Below, piece by piece: positions 1 to 8,206 of a stretch of 30,693 nt of DNA. Below the pieces are notes generated by a model. The model had not been told where the DNA came from, did no database searches, and worked only from the letters and a program-made list of their open reading frames with translations. This DNA comes from a virus. Taxonomy: Duplodnaviria; Caudoviricetes. The stretch is from positions 1-30,693 of the IMG/VR virus record IMGVR_UViG_3300020043_001994, one strand, 5' to 3'. The translations under genes and the position numbers were made by a program. The number at the start of each line of letters is the position of its first letter. Positions within the stretch are counted from its first letter, which is position 1.

Positions 1-635
1 TTGCCGAGCGCGTAGATGACGAGCGCAGGATTATCTGCACCTTGGAGCACAACGCCTTGCTGGGTGATGTTGAATAACTCTTGGGCCACTGCCTCAGCGT
101 CTTCAAAATCTTTGACTCTTAGCTCGGCTTTCGCTTTGCCGTAGCCATCCAGTTTGGCTTGCCATGCTTTTTGCTGATTCATAACTTCAGCTTCTTGCTT
201 GGCTTGGGCTTCATCGGCTTGTCGCTTGCGCTCAAACCAATCAGCCAGTGCTGTCTCGAATTTGTCAGCGTCATAGTCGTATTCTTCAAGGGTTGGCTTT
301 TTGCCTAGCACGACCGGCTTGGTCTCAGTCTGTGCGGTGCTTTGCAGCTTGCCTTGCAGTTCACGGTTTTGCCGTTGCAATTCTCTGTTCGTCTTACGCA
401 GCTCGCGTACCCATTCAGGCGCATGAGTCTGTTCTTCGGGAGGTGGCGCTTCCTCACCAATGGATACGATCACCTCTTCGCTGTCGCCTTCGTCATTTTC
501 GGTTGTCTGGTCTTTGCCCTGGTCATCGATGGATTTTTGCTCATCGGTGGTTTGCTCAGTGCTTTGGCCTTCGTCCTCAATGACGATAGTGTCATCGTCT
601 TGGTTTTCTTCTCCTGATACTGCCTTTGTGTTCAT
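1..635 (-). CDS. Scaffolding protein, P22 gp8-like (runs off window start)
   Basis: Not in ORF track. Read manually from ATG at 635: MNTKAVSGEENQDDDTIVIEDE...APEWVRELRKTNRELQRQNRELQ...KPTLEEYDYDADKFETALADW. Acidic N-terminus, coiled coil, KP..E.YD motif, directly downstream of portal. Confidence 0.85.
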   Translation of the reverse strand, partial: MNTKAVSGEENQDDDTIVIEDEGQSTEQTTDEQKSIDDQGKDQTTENDEGDSEEVIVSIGEEAPPPEEQTHAPEWVRELRKTNRELQRQNRELQGKLQSTAQTETKPVVLGKKPTLEEYDYDADKFETALADWFERKRQADEAQAKQEAEVMNQQKAWQAKLDGYGKAKAELRVKDFEDAEAVAQELFNITQQGVVLQGADNPALVIYALG

Positions 636-654
636 CTTCTGACCCCATCAAACT

Positions 655-685
655 CACCCATTAGAACGGCTGGGTGGATGCCGTT
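655..685 (-). promoter_or_regulatory. Putative H-type pseudoknot in scaffolding mRNA leader
   Basis: Minus strand AACGGC-AUCCACCCA-GCCGUU-CUAA-UGGGUG. Stem AACGGC/GCCGUU, and loop CACCCA is complementary to downstream UGGGUG. Confidence 0.55.
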
Positions 686-690
686 TATAT

Positions 691-719
691 ATTCTCGCGC
701 TTTTTCATTCATCTTACAA
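691..719 (-). promoter_or_regulatory. Putative late promoter TTGTAA-17-GAGAAT
   Basis: Sigma70-like spacing at the portal/scaffold boundary, with non-canonical -12 G. Confidence 0.45.
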
Positions 720-2769
720 CTGGTTGAATGATTTGGCCTTGCAAAATTTCTTGCACAGCCTCGGCATTTGTGAGCGCCATATTTTGTGCGTTTTCTTCAA
801 CTTTGCCTAAAGTCTCCAGTGTTTGAGCGCGTTTGAGTTCTGCGCTGGCAACGGTTTCGACAGTATCGGCTCGAGCTTTTGCTGCTTTGGCACTTGCTTC
901 CTCGGCTGCGGCTTGCAGATACATGGCATTTGGATCTTGTGGTTTGCCTTGCATTTCGGCCATGAGTTCTTCGGCTTCCATGTCGGTTGGCTTGACCACG
1001 CCCATGCGCAGTAGCTTTTTGCGGAAATAGGCATTGGCATCTCCAACACCTTCGCCCTCCATATTCATCATGGCCATTGCAGTCAGCACTTGGGCTGTCT
1101 CTGGGTCTTGAGTGATCTGGAGCATTCCAGTCAGAGCGCGAACAGTTGCTTGACGTTTGGTGCTGCTTGATGGTCCAACATCTGCAATCACATCGAAAGT
1201 AGCAGATGTAAGGTCGTTCTCAAGAACAACTGCACCAGTTTCCTGATCAATTGAGGGTTTCATAAGTTCGACCATTCCAGCCTCACCAGTTGGCGCAATC
1301 GTCTTCATTTTGCGTTTGTCTTCGGTGTAGATGTCTTTGGCCATCGAGAGCCAAATTTCACCGCATCGTTTCATGCCTTTGGCAAAGTTGCTCATGTAGA
1401 TAAATGCCTGGCCATCAACTCGGGCTTGAATCATTTCGACAGCTTTGCCAGAAATGTTGCTAACCATCTTGTCAGCACCAGCTGGATTACCCAAAATGTC
1501 TTGCATGTCAGTTTCTGTGATCTGCAAGAGTGCGGCCATTGCTGGTGGTATGGCTGCCGACCGAGTGTAGGCTACCGGACCACTTACTGCTTGGTTGCCG
1601 TTTTGGTCTGTGATCGGGTTAATCAGCAAATATGGATAATCTTTGAGATTGTCTTCAGCCCACATGACTTGGTGGCCAGCTACCTGTTCAGGCGTGAGGA
1701 TTGGCTTTTCTACTGATGACAAGGCGCTGATTTCACCAAGTTTCGAAAGCTGCATATTTTTGAGGCGCTGGGCATCCTTGGCCAGACGCACATGACCCAT
1801 GCATCGCTCAACATTGTCAACAAACCAGCGTTTGCCATAAACAACCACAATCGGGATGCACTTGCCTGCAATGTAGCCTGCATCTTCAAGCACCTTGCCG
1901 CCCGACATGATGTATTTGTGCACGCGCTTGGTTTTGATCCTGCGCTGGCGTACCTCGACTGAGCCAACAGCTGCCAGAGTTTCCTCAAGCATTTCATCAT
2001 TGTCAAAGTCTGCTTTTGTGTAGCGTTCTTCTTCGCCTGTGATGGTTTGGAAAATTCGGATTGTTTCGGTTTTTTCCTCGACTTTGTAATACTCAGCAAC
2101 ATAGACCACATCGGGTGTGCACCAGTCAAATTCGTACTGGTGAATGATCTTTGGCCAATCAGTTGGGTCATCGCCCCATGTGTCTTTGTAGGCTTGACGA
2201 GTCATCGATGTGACAACAAAACAGAACTTAGCGTCTGCTTTATCTTGACGCTTGGCTTGTAAGTCGAAGAATACAGAACTGTCAGCATCAAAGATTGGTT
2301 CTATGCGGATGCGTTGACGGTCGTCGTCTGGATCTTCCTCATCTTCATAGACTGTGCGTAAACGCCATGCACCAATTCCACCACCGACAGCTTCCTCAAA
2401 GGCATTGTCGTAGGCTTCATCAGCTACAGATGCTTGCTCGTCTGCTCGGTATAGACCATCGCAGACCTCTGCTAGTTTGTCGTTCTCAGCGCCATCTTTA
2501 GAGACAAAATCAACTGTGATTCGGTTGTTTCGATATTCGTTAACTACCCGAATAACGGCCAACATAATCTTGTTAACCTCGAACTTGGGTTTGTTCTCGT
2601 ACTGATCCCATAGTGGGCCTTCCCACTGACTTCCAGCCAAAGAGTAGAAGCGTCTGTCTTGGAGGCACTGCAGGCGTTCATCGCGTAGTGCGCTTTGGAC
2701 ATCATCAAACTGTGCCAATGCTTCATCGTGTAAATTGGCAAGGCGTTGATCGTTCGAGATTCGGGCCAT
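709..2769 (-). CDS. Portal protein, P22 gp1-like
   Basis: 686 aa downstream of TerL. Motifs GSQW, F..AV.GG.GAWR, IPIVVVYG.R...D..ER..GHVR..KDAQR..N, SGKA, DV..DVGPS..T.R. Confidence 0.93.
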   Translation of the reverse strand: MARISNDQRLANLHDEALAQFDDVQSALRDERLQCLQDRRFYSLAGSQWEGPLWDQYENKPKFEVNKIMLAVIRVVNEYRNNRITVDFVSKDGAENDKLAEVCDGLYRADEQASVADEAYDNAFEEAVGGGIGAWRLRTVYEDEEDPDDDRQRIRIEPIFDADSSVFFDLQAKRQDKADAKFCFVVTSMTRQAYKDTWGDDPTDWPKIIHQYEFDWCTPDVVYVAEYYKVEEKTETIRIFQTITGEEERYTKADFDNDEMLEETLAAVGSVEVRQRRIKTKRVHKYIMSGGKVLEDAGYIAGKCIPIVVVYGKRWFVDNVERCMGHVRLAKDAQRLKNMQLSKLGEISALSSVEKPILTPEQVAGHQVMWAEDNLKDYPYLLINPITDQNGNQAVSGPVAYTRSAAIPPAMAALLQITETDMQDILGNPAGADKMVSNISGKAVEMIQARVDGQAFIYMSNFAKGMKRCGEIWLSMAKDIYTEDKRKMKTIAPTGEAGMVELMKPSIDQETGAVVLENDLTSATFDVIADVGPSSSTKRQATVRALTGMLQITQDPETAQVLTAMAMMNMEGEGVGDANAYFRKKLLRMGVVKPTDMEAEELMAEMQGKPQDPNAMYLQAAAEEASAKAAKARADTVETVASAELKRAQTLETLGKVEENAQNMALTNAEAVQEILQGQIIQPVVR

Positions 2770-2791
2770 AATTAAATCCTCATTTTGTGCG

Positions 2792-2821
2792 ATTTTCTCA
2801 CCATTTGTGCATAGTTGGCAA
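2792..2821 (-). promoter_or_regulatory. Putative late promoter TTGCCA-18-GAAAAT upstream of portal
   Basis: Sigma70-like boxes with extended TG, followed by SD GAGG. Confidence 0.45.
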
Positions 2822-4024
2822 TGGAGTGAATGTCACTGGTTTTGTTACTGATGCGCGTCTGACAGCTTCACATGCGTAGCGTAATGCATCGATTACGTGG
2901 TTTTTCTTATCATCTAGCATAGGCAAGATTTTGCCAGTTAATGGGTCTTGCTTATAACTGTACAGCGTAAGTTCGTCAATTGTGTGTGTGCATCTTGGGT
3001 GAACCACAATATCGTAGTTCTTTAAAAACTCGATGCCTTCCTCAACTGATTTTGGTCCTTTGACTGCATTCATAATCTTAGGAAAGCCATTCTTTTTCAT
3101 GTGACTGATTGTCTCTGGCCTTGCTGAGTCAGCCACGATTGGCCATTTTTCAGAATCCGGTACTTGCATAAACAATTCAGGCGTATTGACGATCTCGCAT
3201 CCGACCATGTAGGCCTCGTAGTCAATATATAGAGTTCGGCCAATAATGTGGCATCGCACCAACACTGTTGGATCAACCGAGAAACCCCAGTCAGCACCTA
3301 GACGGTGAATTGCATCTGGTGGTGCTTCAAAGTCGTCGATTTTCCAGTTTTTAAATACCCTTGCATTGCTGTTTCTTAAGTATTGCCCCATCCAAACATG
3401 CTGATATTTGTCAGGGTCTCTGCGTTTGTCGTACTCCATCTCGTCTTTTAAGACTTGCGGAAACCAAGGGTTATCACCGAAATTTACTTTGATTACTACA
3501 GCATCGCTTGGCGGTTCTGGACCACGAAGTAAAAAATCCACAGGGTCGTTCTGTTGGCGCGGATTCCATGTGAACCATAGTTCGGAGTCTGGTTTGCGGA
3601 TGGTTGGCCGTAACAGGTCGAGGCTGGTTTGGCTTAGGCTTTGAGCCTCCTCCACCCAAGCGCAGTCGTAACCCTCAAGCGACTTAATTGAGTCGGCTGT
3701 ATGGTTTTGCATACCCTGAAAGATAATTGCACCATCACCCTTTTTGGATTTGATGACTGCATCTTGAACTTCAAAGTAAGCGCCAGCGTTCATTTGTTCG
3801 ATCTTTGTCTCCAATAGACGTTTGACCGATTGATTCAGTGATTTTTGGATTTCACGCACACAAACACTTCTGCGCTTTTGATCCATGATGTGCATTTCAA
3901 TCATAAGTTCGGCAAACATATGCGACTTGCCAGAACCTCGACCACCCCATGCACCCTTGTATCGTTTGCCCTCCAACAAAGGCAATGCCCATTCTGGGGT
4001 CTGAATTTGTAGGGTTTTACCCAT
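2798..4024 (-). CDS. terL: Terminase large subunit (PBSX/Terminase_3 type)
   Basis: Walker A GGRGSGKS, Walker B WVEEA, TWNP coupling motif, nuclease motifs GADWGFSVDP and NHVIDALRYA. Confidence 0.96.
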   Translation of the reverse strand: MGKTLQIQTPEWALPLLEGKRYKGAWGGRGSGKSHMFAELMIEMHIMDQKRRSVCVREIQKSLNQSVKRLLETKIEQMNAGAYFEVQDAVIKSKKGDGAIIFQGMQNHTADSIKSLEGYDCAWVEEAQSLSQTSLDLLRPTIRKPDSELWFTWNPRQQNDPVDFLLRGPEPPSDAVVIKVNFGDNPWFPQVLKDEMEYDKRRDPDKYQHVWMGQYLRNSNARVFKNWKIDDFEAPPDAIHRLGADWGFSVDPTVLVRCHIIGRTLYIDYEAYMVGCEIVNTPELFMQVPDSEKWPIVADSARPETISHMKKNGFPKIMNAVKGPKSVEEGIEFLKNYDIVVHPRCTHTIDELTLYSYKQDPLTGKILPMLDDKKNHVIDALRYACEAVRRASVTKPVTFTPLPTMHKW

Positions 4025-4430
4025 TTTTTACAACAACACGTTCAATTTTTGAAAATTCCAAAGGAGCACCATCAGCTCCAGTCAGCTCGTGCTTTTGCAC
4101 CTCAGACCAGCGCATTTGTGTTTTGCTCCACCAAATGGCTGCCGTGGTGTCACCTGCCATGACTTTCTGAAATAAAGTTTTTCCAACCTGTGCATTGGCT
4201 TTTGCTTTGCCAGATTGCAATTCTGTAGCAAAGTGCTTTCGCAAGGTGTCACTGTCAATTCCATCACGAATTAGGACTGCGATTTGCTCTAAGGGTAAAC
4301 CATAACCAGAAATGATTTCGACCTGTTTGCGTTCATCATCTGTAGGTTCAAAAGCCTTACGACCAGCACCTGGTCTAGCACCGCCATTAGGTCCTGCCTT
4401 TTTTAGAACCGATTTTTCAGTTTTTGCCAT
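4017..4430 (-). CDS. terS: Terminase small subunit
   Basis: 137 aa overlapping the terL start. GGARPGAGRK, HTH-like segment, AGDTTAAIWWSK, ELTGADGAPL C-terminus. Confidence 0.85.
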   Translation of the reverse strand: MAKTEKSVLKKAGPNGGARPGAGRKAFEPTDDERKQVEIISGYGLPLEQIAVLIRDGIDSDTLRKHFATELQSGKAKANAQVGKTLFQKVMAGDTTAAIWWSKTQMRWSEVQKHELTGADGAPLEFSKIERVVVKNG

Positions 4431-4432
4431 TG

Positions 4433-5335
4433 TTACATCTCCTGAATCGTGTTTGTGTAGCGCGATAAAAGCCTTGGTTTACGGTGTTGCTCATTAAGGA
4501 TTTTGGGCACTGCGTTGTTCCAGCTTATCCTGTGGTGAATTCGCTTATGCGTTCTACCCATCAAATCAATGCTACAGCAGTCCGGAGCAGCCATCACGCT
4601 GTAAAACGATTTCACATAAGTTCCGAATGATTTGTAGGCCTCTGTATTGCCGCCAGAGTTTGACTGTGTAGCAAGCTGAACTAAATTTATTGCTGTAATT
4701 TGACAGAATAGCTTTCCTACTCTGCCATGCGTTAGATAAGTATTAACGTCATCGTTCATTCGTCCGATGAAAATAATGTCATTCGATGGGTCTTTGTTGA
4801 CTTTAAAGATAAAGCTATTCATTGCTTTTCTTTTGTATGTGTTATTTTCAAAAGATGTAGCTCCGCCAATAAAATCGCCACCTTGAGCAAATGCTATTGT
4901 GTGTGCCTTTGTCTCATCTAGACATTTGATCATTGAAGCAAATATCGCATCTAGGTTTCTTACTACTTTAGCTTTAAGTGCGAAATTTTCGACATACCTG
5001 TATTGAAACGATGTGTAATCGTCTTCATACTCGAAAAAGTAATCTAACTTCAGATTGCGTGCTATGTCATAACATGCGTTTCGAGCATAGACAATGACTT
5101 TGTTGCCAGCAAAGTTGTCCATGATGTCGAACTTGTCTTGATATTCGTTTTTGCTGAAAACAATGACTTGATCACCATATTTTTCTTTGTATTGATCAAT
5201 GGTCTTATCTTCGTCGTCAACAATGATGAAAATTTTGCCTGTATAACCATGCCGCCTGAGTTGGCCATAGGTTATTACGTTGTCAGGCCTGCCGTGAGAC
5301 AGGATGAAAACAGCATAGTTGTTACTTACTATCAT
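4433..5335 (-). CDS. GT-A fold glycosyltransferase, TET/JBP-associated (TAGT/GREB1-like) type
   Basis: FILSHGR start, YARN, acidic EDD (DxD-like), GRMNDD, TQSNSGGNT, RIHHRISW: the pattern of phage TAGT-like glycosyltransferases. Confidence 0.75.
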   Translation of the reverse strand: MIVSNNYAVFILSHGRPDNVITYGQLRRHGYTGKIFIIVDDEDKTIDQYKEKYGDQVIVFSKNEYQDKFDIMDNFAGNKVIVYARNACYDIARNLKLDYFFEYEDDYTSFQYRYVENFALKAKVVRNLDAIFASMIKCLDETKAHTIAFAQGGDFIGGATSFENNTYKRKAMNSFIFKVNKDPSNDIIFIGRMNDDVNTYLTHGRVGKLFCQITAINLVQLATQSNSGGNTEAYKSFGTYVKSFYSVMAAPDCCSIDLMGRTHKRIHHRISWNNAVPKILNEQHRKPRLLSRYTNTIQEM

Positions 5336-6275
5336 TTTTGATCTTGCTGCTGCTGAAGCTATGTTTTCTTTTTAGATACACAATTTCTTTTTCTTGATTT
5401 TCAACTGTATCTTTTAGCTCCCAATCATCACTTTTATGATCCTCACCTAGAAAATACACATCGTAATCAAGGGATACGAAAACATCTTTATCTTTTACAG
5501 AGTTTTCATAGGGTATGACTTCATCGACCCATTTGACAGCACGTAATTGCATGTAGCGCTCATAGATTGATTGCTGCGTGGTTTTGTAGTTTGGATTGCA
5601 GTGCAGGCCGACAATTAAAAAGTCGCAATGCTTTTTTGCTTCTTCCAAAGCTAGAACATGGCCAGAGTGCAGGATGTCTGCAACCATTGGGAAAAAACCA
5701 ATTTTCATTTTTGAAGCTCCTAGTTTGATTGAGTCAACTTTGTACGCTTTGCAGTTTTTTATATGCAAGTCGTAATATGCTTTGTGCAAAGGTTTTTTTG
5801 GAAAATTAAAAGCAAAGAACAACATTTTGATGGTTCCGCTATGAGCGACAATCAAAATTCTTTTGTTTCTGTACCTTTTTTCAACATCATCAATAAATGA
5901 TTTGACTCTATAAAAAAAGTCCATTTTGCTTTCTATGTTGAACTTGCGTAAAAAATTTAAGTTCTCATCTTTAAGCAATTTTTCACTATTGAGGTGCTTA
6001 CCTTCTAACAATCCTTTGCTTAATTCTTTTAATCTTTCATCATAAAAAATTCTTGTGTTTTTATGATTAATTAAAATGCTAAATGCTGTTGACTTTGCTC
6101 TTTGTAATGGAGAGCAGAAACAAATGTCAAAATGATCTGTTTTCAGTTCTTCTGATATTTTTTTTGCCTGCTTAATGCCAGTGAAATTTAACGGAATGTC
6201 ATATTGGCCATGCATAATCCCATTTTTGTTCCAATAGGTTTGACCATGCCTGACGAAAATGTAGTCGTTATTCAT
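5322..6275 (-). CDS. Histidine phosphatase fused to TagD/RfaE-like cytidylyltransferase (HxGH nucleotidyltransferase)
   Basis: N-domain RHGQTYWN, SPLQRAKST, RLKE, ILIVAHSG. C-domain DILHSGH..LEEAK..CDFLIVGL, ER...L.AVKWVDEV, GEDH, SFSSS. Start moved to ATG 6275 (SD GAGG). Confidence 0.88.
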   Translation of the reverse strand: MNNDYIFVRHGQTYWNKNGIMHGQYDIPLNFTGIKQAKKISEELKTDHFDICFCSPLQRAKSTAFSILINHKNTRIFYDERLKELSKGLLEGKHLNSEKLLKDENLNFLRKFNIESKMDFFYRVKSFIDDVEKRYRNKRILIVAHSGTIKMLFFAFNFPKKPLHKAYYDLHIKNCKAYKVDSIKLGASKMKIGFFPMVADILHSGHVLALEEAKKHCDFLIVGLHCNPNYKTTQQSIYERYMQLRAVKWVDEVIPYENSVKDKDVFVSLDYDVYFLGEDHKSDDWELKDTVENQEKEIVYLKRKHSFSSSKIKNDSK

Positions 6276-7056
6276 TTTCCTCGACTTCAACGTGTTCAAA
6301 CATGGTATTAATTTCTTCAGTCAATCGAACAAATCCATTTTCTATTGCTTTATTGAAATCAATAATCACTAAAGCGCTATTTTCCATAAGCTCCTGACAT
6401 TCTCTTGAAGAATGAGCATAAAAATTAGCAATTTTCGAATAGTCAAAAACAACATGCCTAGAAGCAGCTGTCATTAAAAATTGTTTTTCTTTATCATTTA
6501 ACTTGCTTTCCCGAATTGCAAGTATTAATTCCATTGCTTTAGAATCATCATAGAGTTCTTCTATAGATGGTTTCTTACCTTGTGGCTCATAAATCGGGGT
6601 TTTGATTTTTGATGTGTAAGGATTATCTGGATCTATTAGCTGTACTTCATCAGCAAATATTTCATCTAATTCATTTTTATCAAATCCAGTTAATTTCAAA
6701 TCGAAACCAAGGTCTTGCAGTTCTGAAAGTTCGAGCGCCAGCATTTGCTCATCCCAACCTGCATTTAAGGCTAGTTTGTTGTCAGCAATGATGTAGGCGC
6801 GTTTCTTTGCATCACTCCATCCTGTGGCCACCATTACAGGGACTTCTTTTATATTGAGCTTTTGAGCTGCCAGTGTGCGACCGTGTCCGGCAATGATGCC
6901 GCCTTGTTCATCAACCAATACAGGTGTTGTCCAGCCCCATTCCTTGATACTTGCAGCAATCTGTGCTACTTGCTCATCAGAGTGCGTGCGTGAGTTGCGT
7001 GCGTAAGGAATGAGCTTATCAATAGACCATTTTTCGACTTTATCTGCTGGATTCAT
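6268..7056 (-). CDS. ParB/Srx-like N-terminal domain fused to an uncharacterised C-terminal domain
   Basis: LIPYARNSRTH, IAASIKEWGW, IIAGHGR, AYIIADNKLA are classic phage ParB-N motifs. The C-terminal ~110 aa (YTSKIKTPIYEP...ALVIIDFNKAIENGFV) is a distinct domain. Confidence 0.88.
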   Translation of the reverse strand: MNPADKVEKWSIDKLIPYARNSRTHSDEQVAQIAASIKEWGWTTPVLVDEQGGIIAGHGRTLAAQKLNIKEVPVMVATGWSDAKKRAYIIADNKLALNAGWDEQMLALELSELQDLGFDLKLTGFDKNELDEIFADEVQLIDPDNPYTSKIKTPIYEPQGKKPSIEELYDDSKAMELILAIRESKLNDKEKQFLMTAASRHVVFDYSKIANFYAHSSRECQELMENSALVIIDFNKAIENGFVRLTEEINTMFEHVEVEENE

Positions 7057-7065
7057 GATGTCCTT

Positions 7066-7086
7066 AAAAAAAGGGGCCGAAGCCCC
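7066..7086 (-). terminator. Intrinsic terminator immediately before the ParB SD
   Basis: Minus strand GGGGC-UUCG-GCCCC followed by U7, then AAGGA and ATG. Confidence 0.8.
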
Positions 7087-7115
7087 AAAACTGGCAACTG
7101 CATTTGTCAGTGTGT

Positions 7116-7439
7116 TTATTTTGCTATATATGGTATAGGTATGTCAACAGGCCATTGGCCAGTGTCTACCAATAATTGAACTGTTTTGTAATGTGCTACT
7201 TGCCACGCTTGCTGTCTTTCTTCCTTTGACCATTTCGCTCCTTGGTCAATGTCGTAATGGCAAGTCATACACAATGCGGCAGTAAGATTGTCGTCAGCTT
7301 TAATGCCTCTGCCCTTACCACCACCCCAGTTTGTATGTGCTGCCTGGATAAAATGACCTGAACCACAAAGCTGGCAATCAAGACTTGCTACGAGTTTTAG
7401 AAGTTTTTTGCTTCTGACATATGGGTGCTTTGGAATCAT
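7116..7439 (-). CDS. His-Me finger/zinc-binding nuclease-like protein (DUF968/DUF1364-like)
   Basis: CQLCG, AAH, GKGRGIKADD, LCMTCH motifs. Start ATG 7439 overlaps the upstream stop. Confidence 0.7.
   Translation of the reverse strand: MIPKHPYVRSKKLLKLVASLDCQLCGSGHFIQAAHTNWGGGKGRGIKADDNLTAALCMTCHYDIDQGAKWSKEERQQAWQVAHYKTVQLLVDTGQWPVDIPIPYIAK
7118..7147 (-). promoter_or_regulatory. Putative pR'-like late promoter TTGACA-18-CAAAAT
   Basis: Perfect -35 box and an imperfect -10 box, about 30 nt upstream of the terminator hairpin. Confidence 0.5.
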
Positions 7440-7765
7440 TGGTGCGACCTGTCTTGCATCCGATTTGTTGCTTCCCTTGTACGCCATATTTCTATGTCCA
7501 ACCTTGCAGCTTCCAGTTCCCACTTTAACGTTTCTTCTTGTTCGATTGCTAATGCCAGACCTTTAATTAACTGGTGATAAGCAGGGTCTGCATATGCTTC
7601 ACGCTCCTGTGCATTGGCTGCTTCAACTCCAAGTTTGAGTGCGTCTTTCATGAGAAGTGCTTTTTTTGACTTGCGGAATTCTTCAAGATATACCCTTTGT
7701 GCTTTTGCCTCTCCATAAGCTGGGGCTTTATCCCTGATAGTTTGGGCTGCTTCTTCTGGTTTCAT
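7436..7765 (-). CDS. Conserved phage hypothetical helical protein
   Basis: 109 aa, coupled by ATGA overlaps to both neighbours. Confidence 0.75.
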   Translation of the reverse strand: MKPEEAAQTIRDKAPAYGEAKAQRVYLEEFRKSKKALLMKDALKLGVEAANAQEREAYADPAYHQLIKGLALAIEQEETLKWELEAARLDIEIWRTREATNRMQDRSHQ

Positions 7766-8028
7766 TTAATCATTCCAATCATTCGTAATGCAGCATCAGG
7801 GCAATCTACTCGACACAAAGTACCACCGCACCAATTCTCAAAAAAGTCTGTTTGTAACTTTGTCAAACGCTTTTTAGGACCATCTTTTATCTCTACAAGA
7901 AACGTATGGCCTTTGAAACCAACTAAAAGATCAATCGGTAGGCCAATAATCCAAACATAAGCGCCAGCTGCTCTTAAAGCAGAGACTATTTGTTCTTGGT
8001 TAGCATCCACCCTTGCTGCGTATCTCAT
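7762..8028 (-). CDS. VRR-NUC-like PD-(D/E)xK nuclease
   Basis: RVDANQ..IV.ALR..GA, DLLVG, LVEIKDG, LT.LQ..F motifs. Confidence 0.8.
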   Translation of the reverse strand: MRYAARVDANQEQIVSALRAAGAYVWIIGLPIDLLVGFKGHTFLVEIKDGPKKRLTKLQTDFFENWCGGTLCRVDCPDAALRMIGMIK

Positions 8029-8206
8029 TTTGATTCCTCATGTTGGTAATCAAGGTATCTAGACCATCCTGCCCACGACGTTTTTTGATTTCCATTTTTA
8101 GGTTCTCCCACCAAACTTGTGTTTGTTGATTGCCTAATTCCTGTCGTTTCTTGCGATAACGTTTTATCCATTCTGTCGCTTCCTTTTGGCGCAAGGTCTC
8201 CAGCAT
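8000..8206 (-). CDS. Hypothetical phage protein (MLETLRQKEATEWIKRY...)
   Basis: 3' part of track ORF 8000..8284. Amphipathic helical; overlaps 8025..8291 in another frame. Confidence 0.45.
   Translation of the reverse strand: MLETLRQKEATEWIKRYRKKRQELGNQQTQVWWENLKMEIKKRRGQDGLDTLITNMRNQNEIRSKGGC

Noticed and set aside
248-642. Plus-strand ORFs 248..583, 342..617, 460..642
   Set aside because: Antisense shadows of the minus-strand scaffolding gene, which the track missed because it runs off the window.
6268-7056. ParB as a plasmid-prophage partition system
   Set aside because: No ParA and no HTH after the ParB-N domain; the context is packaging/modification.
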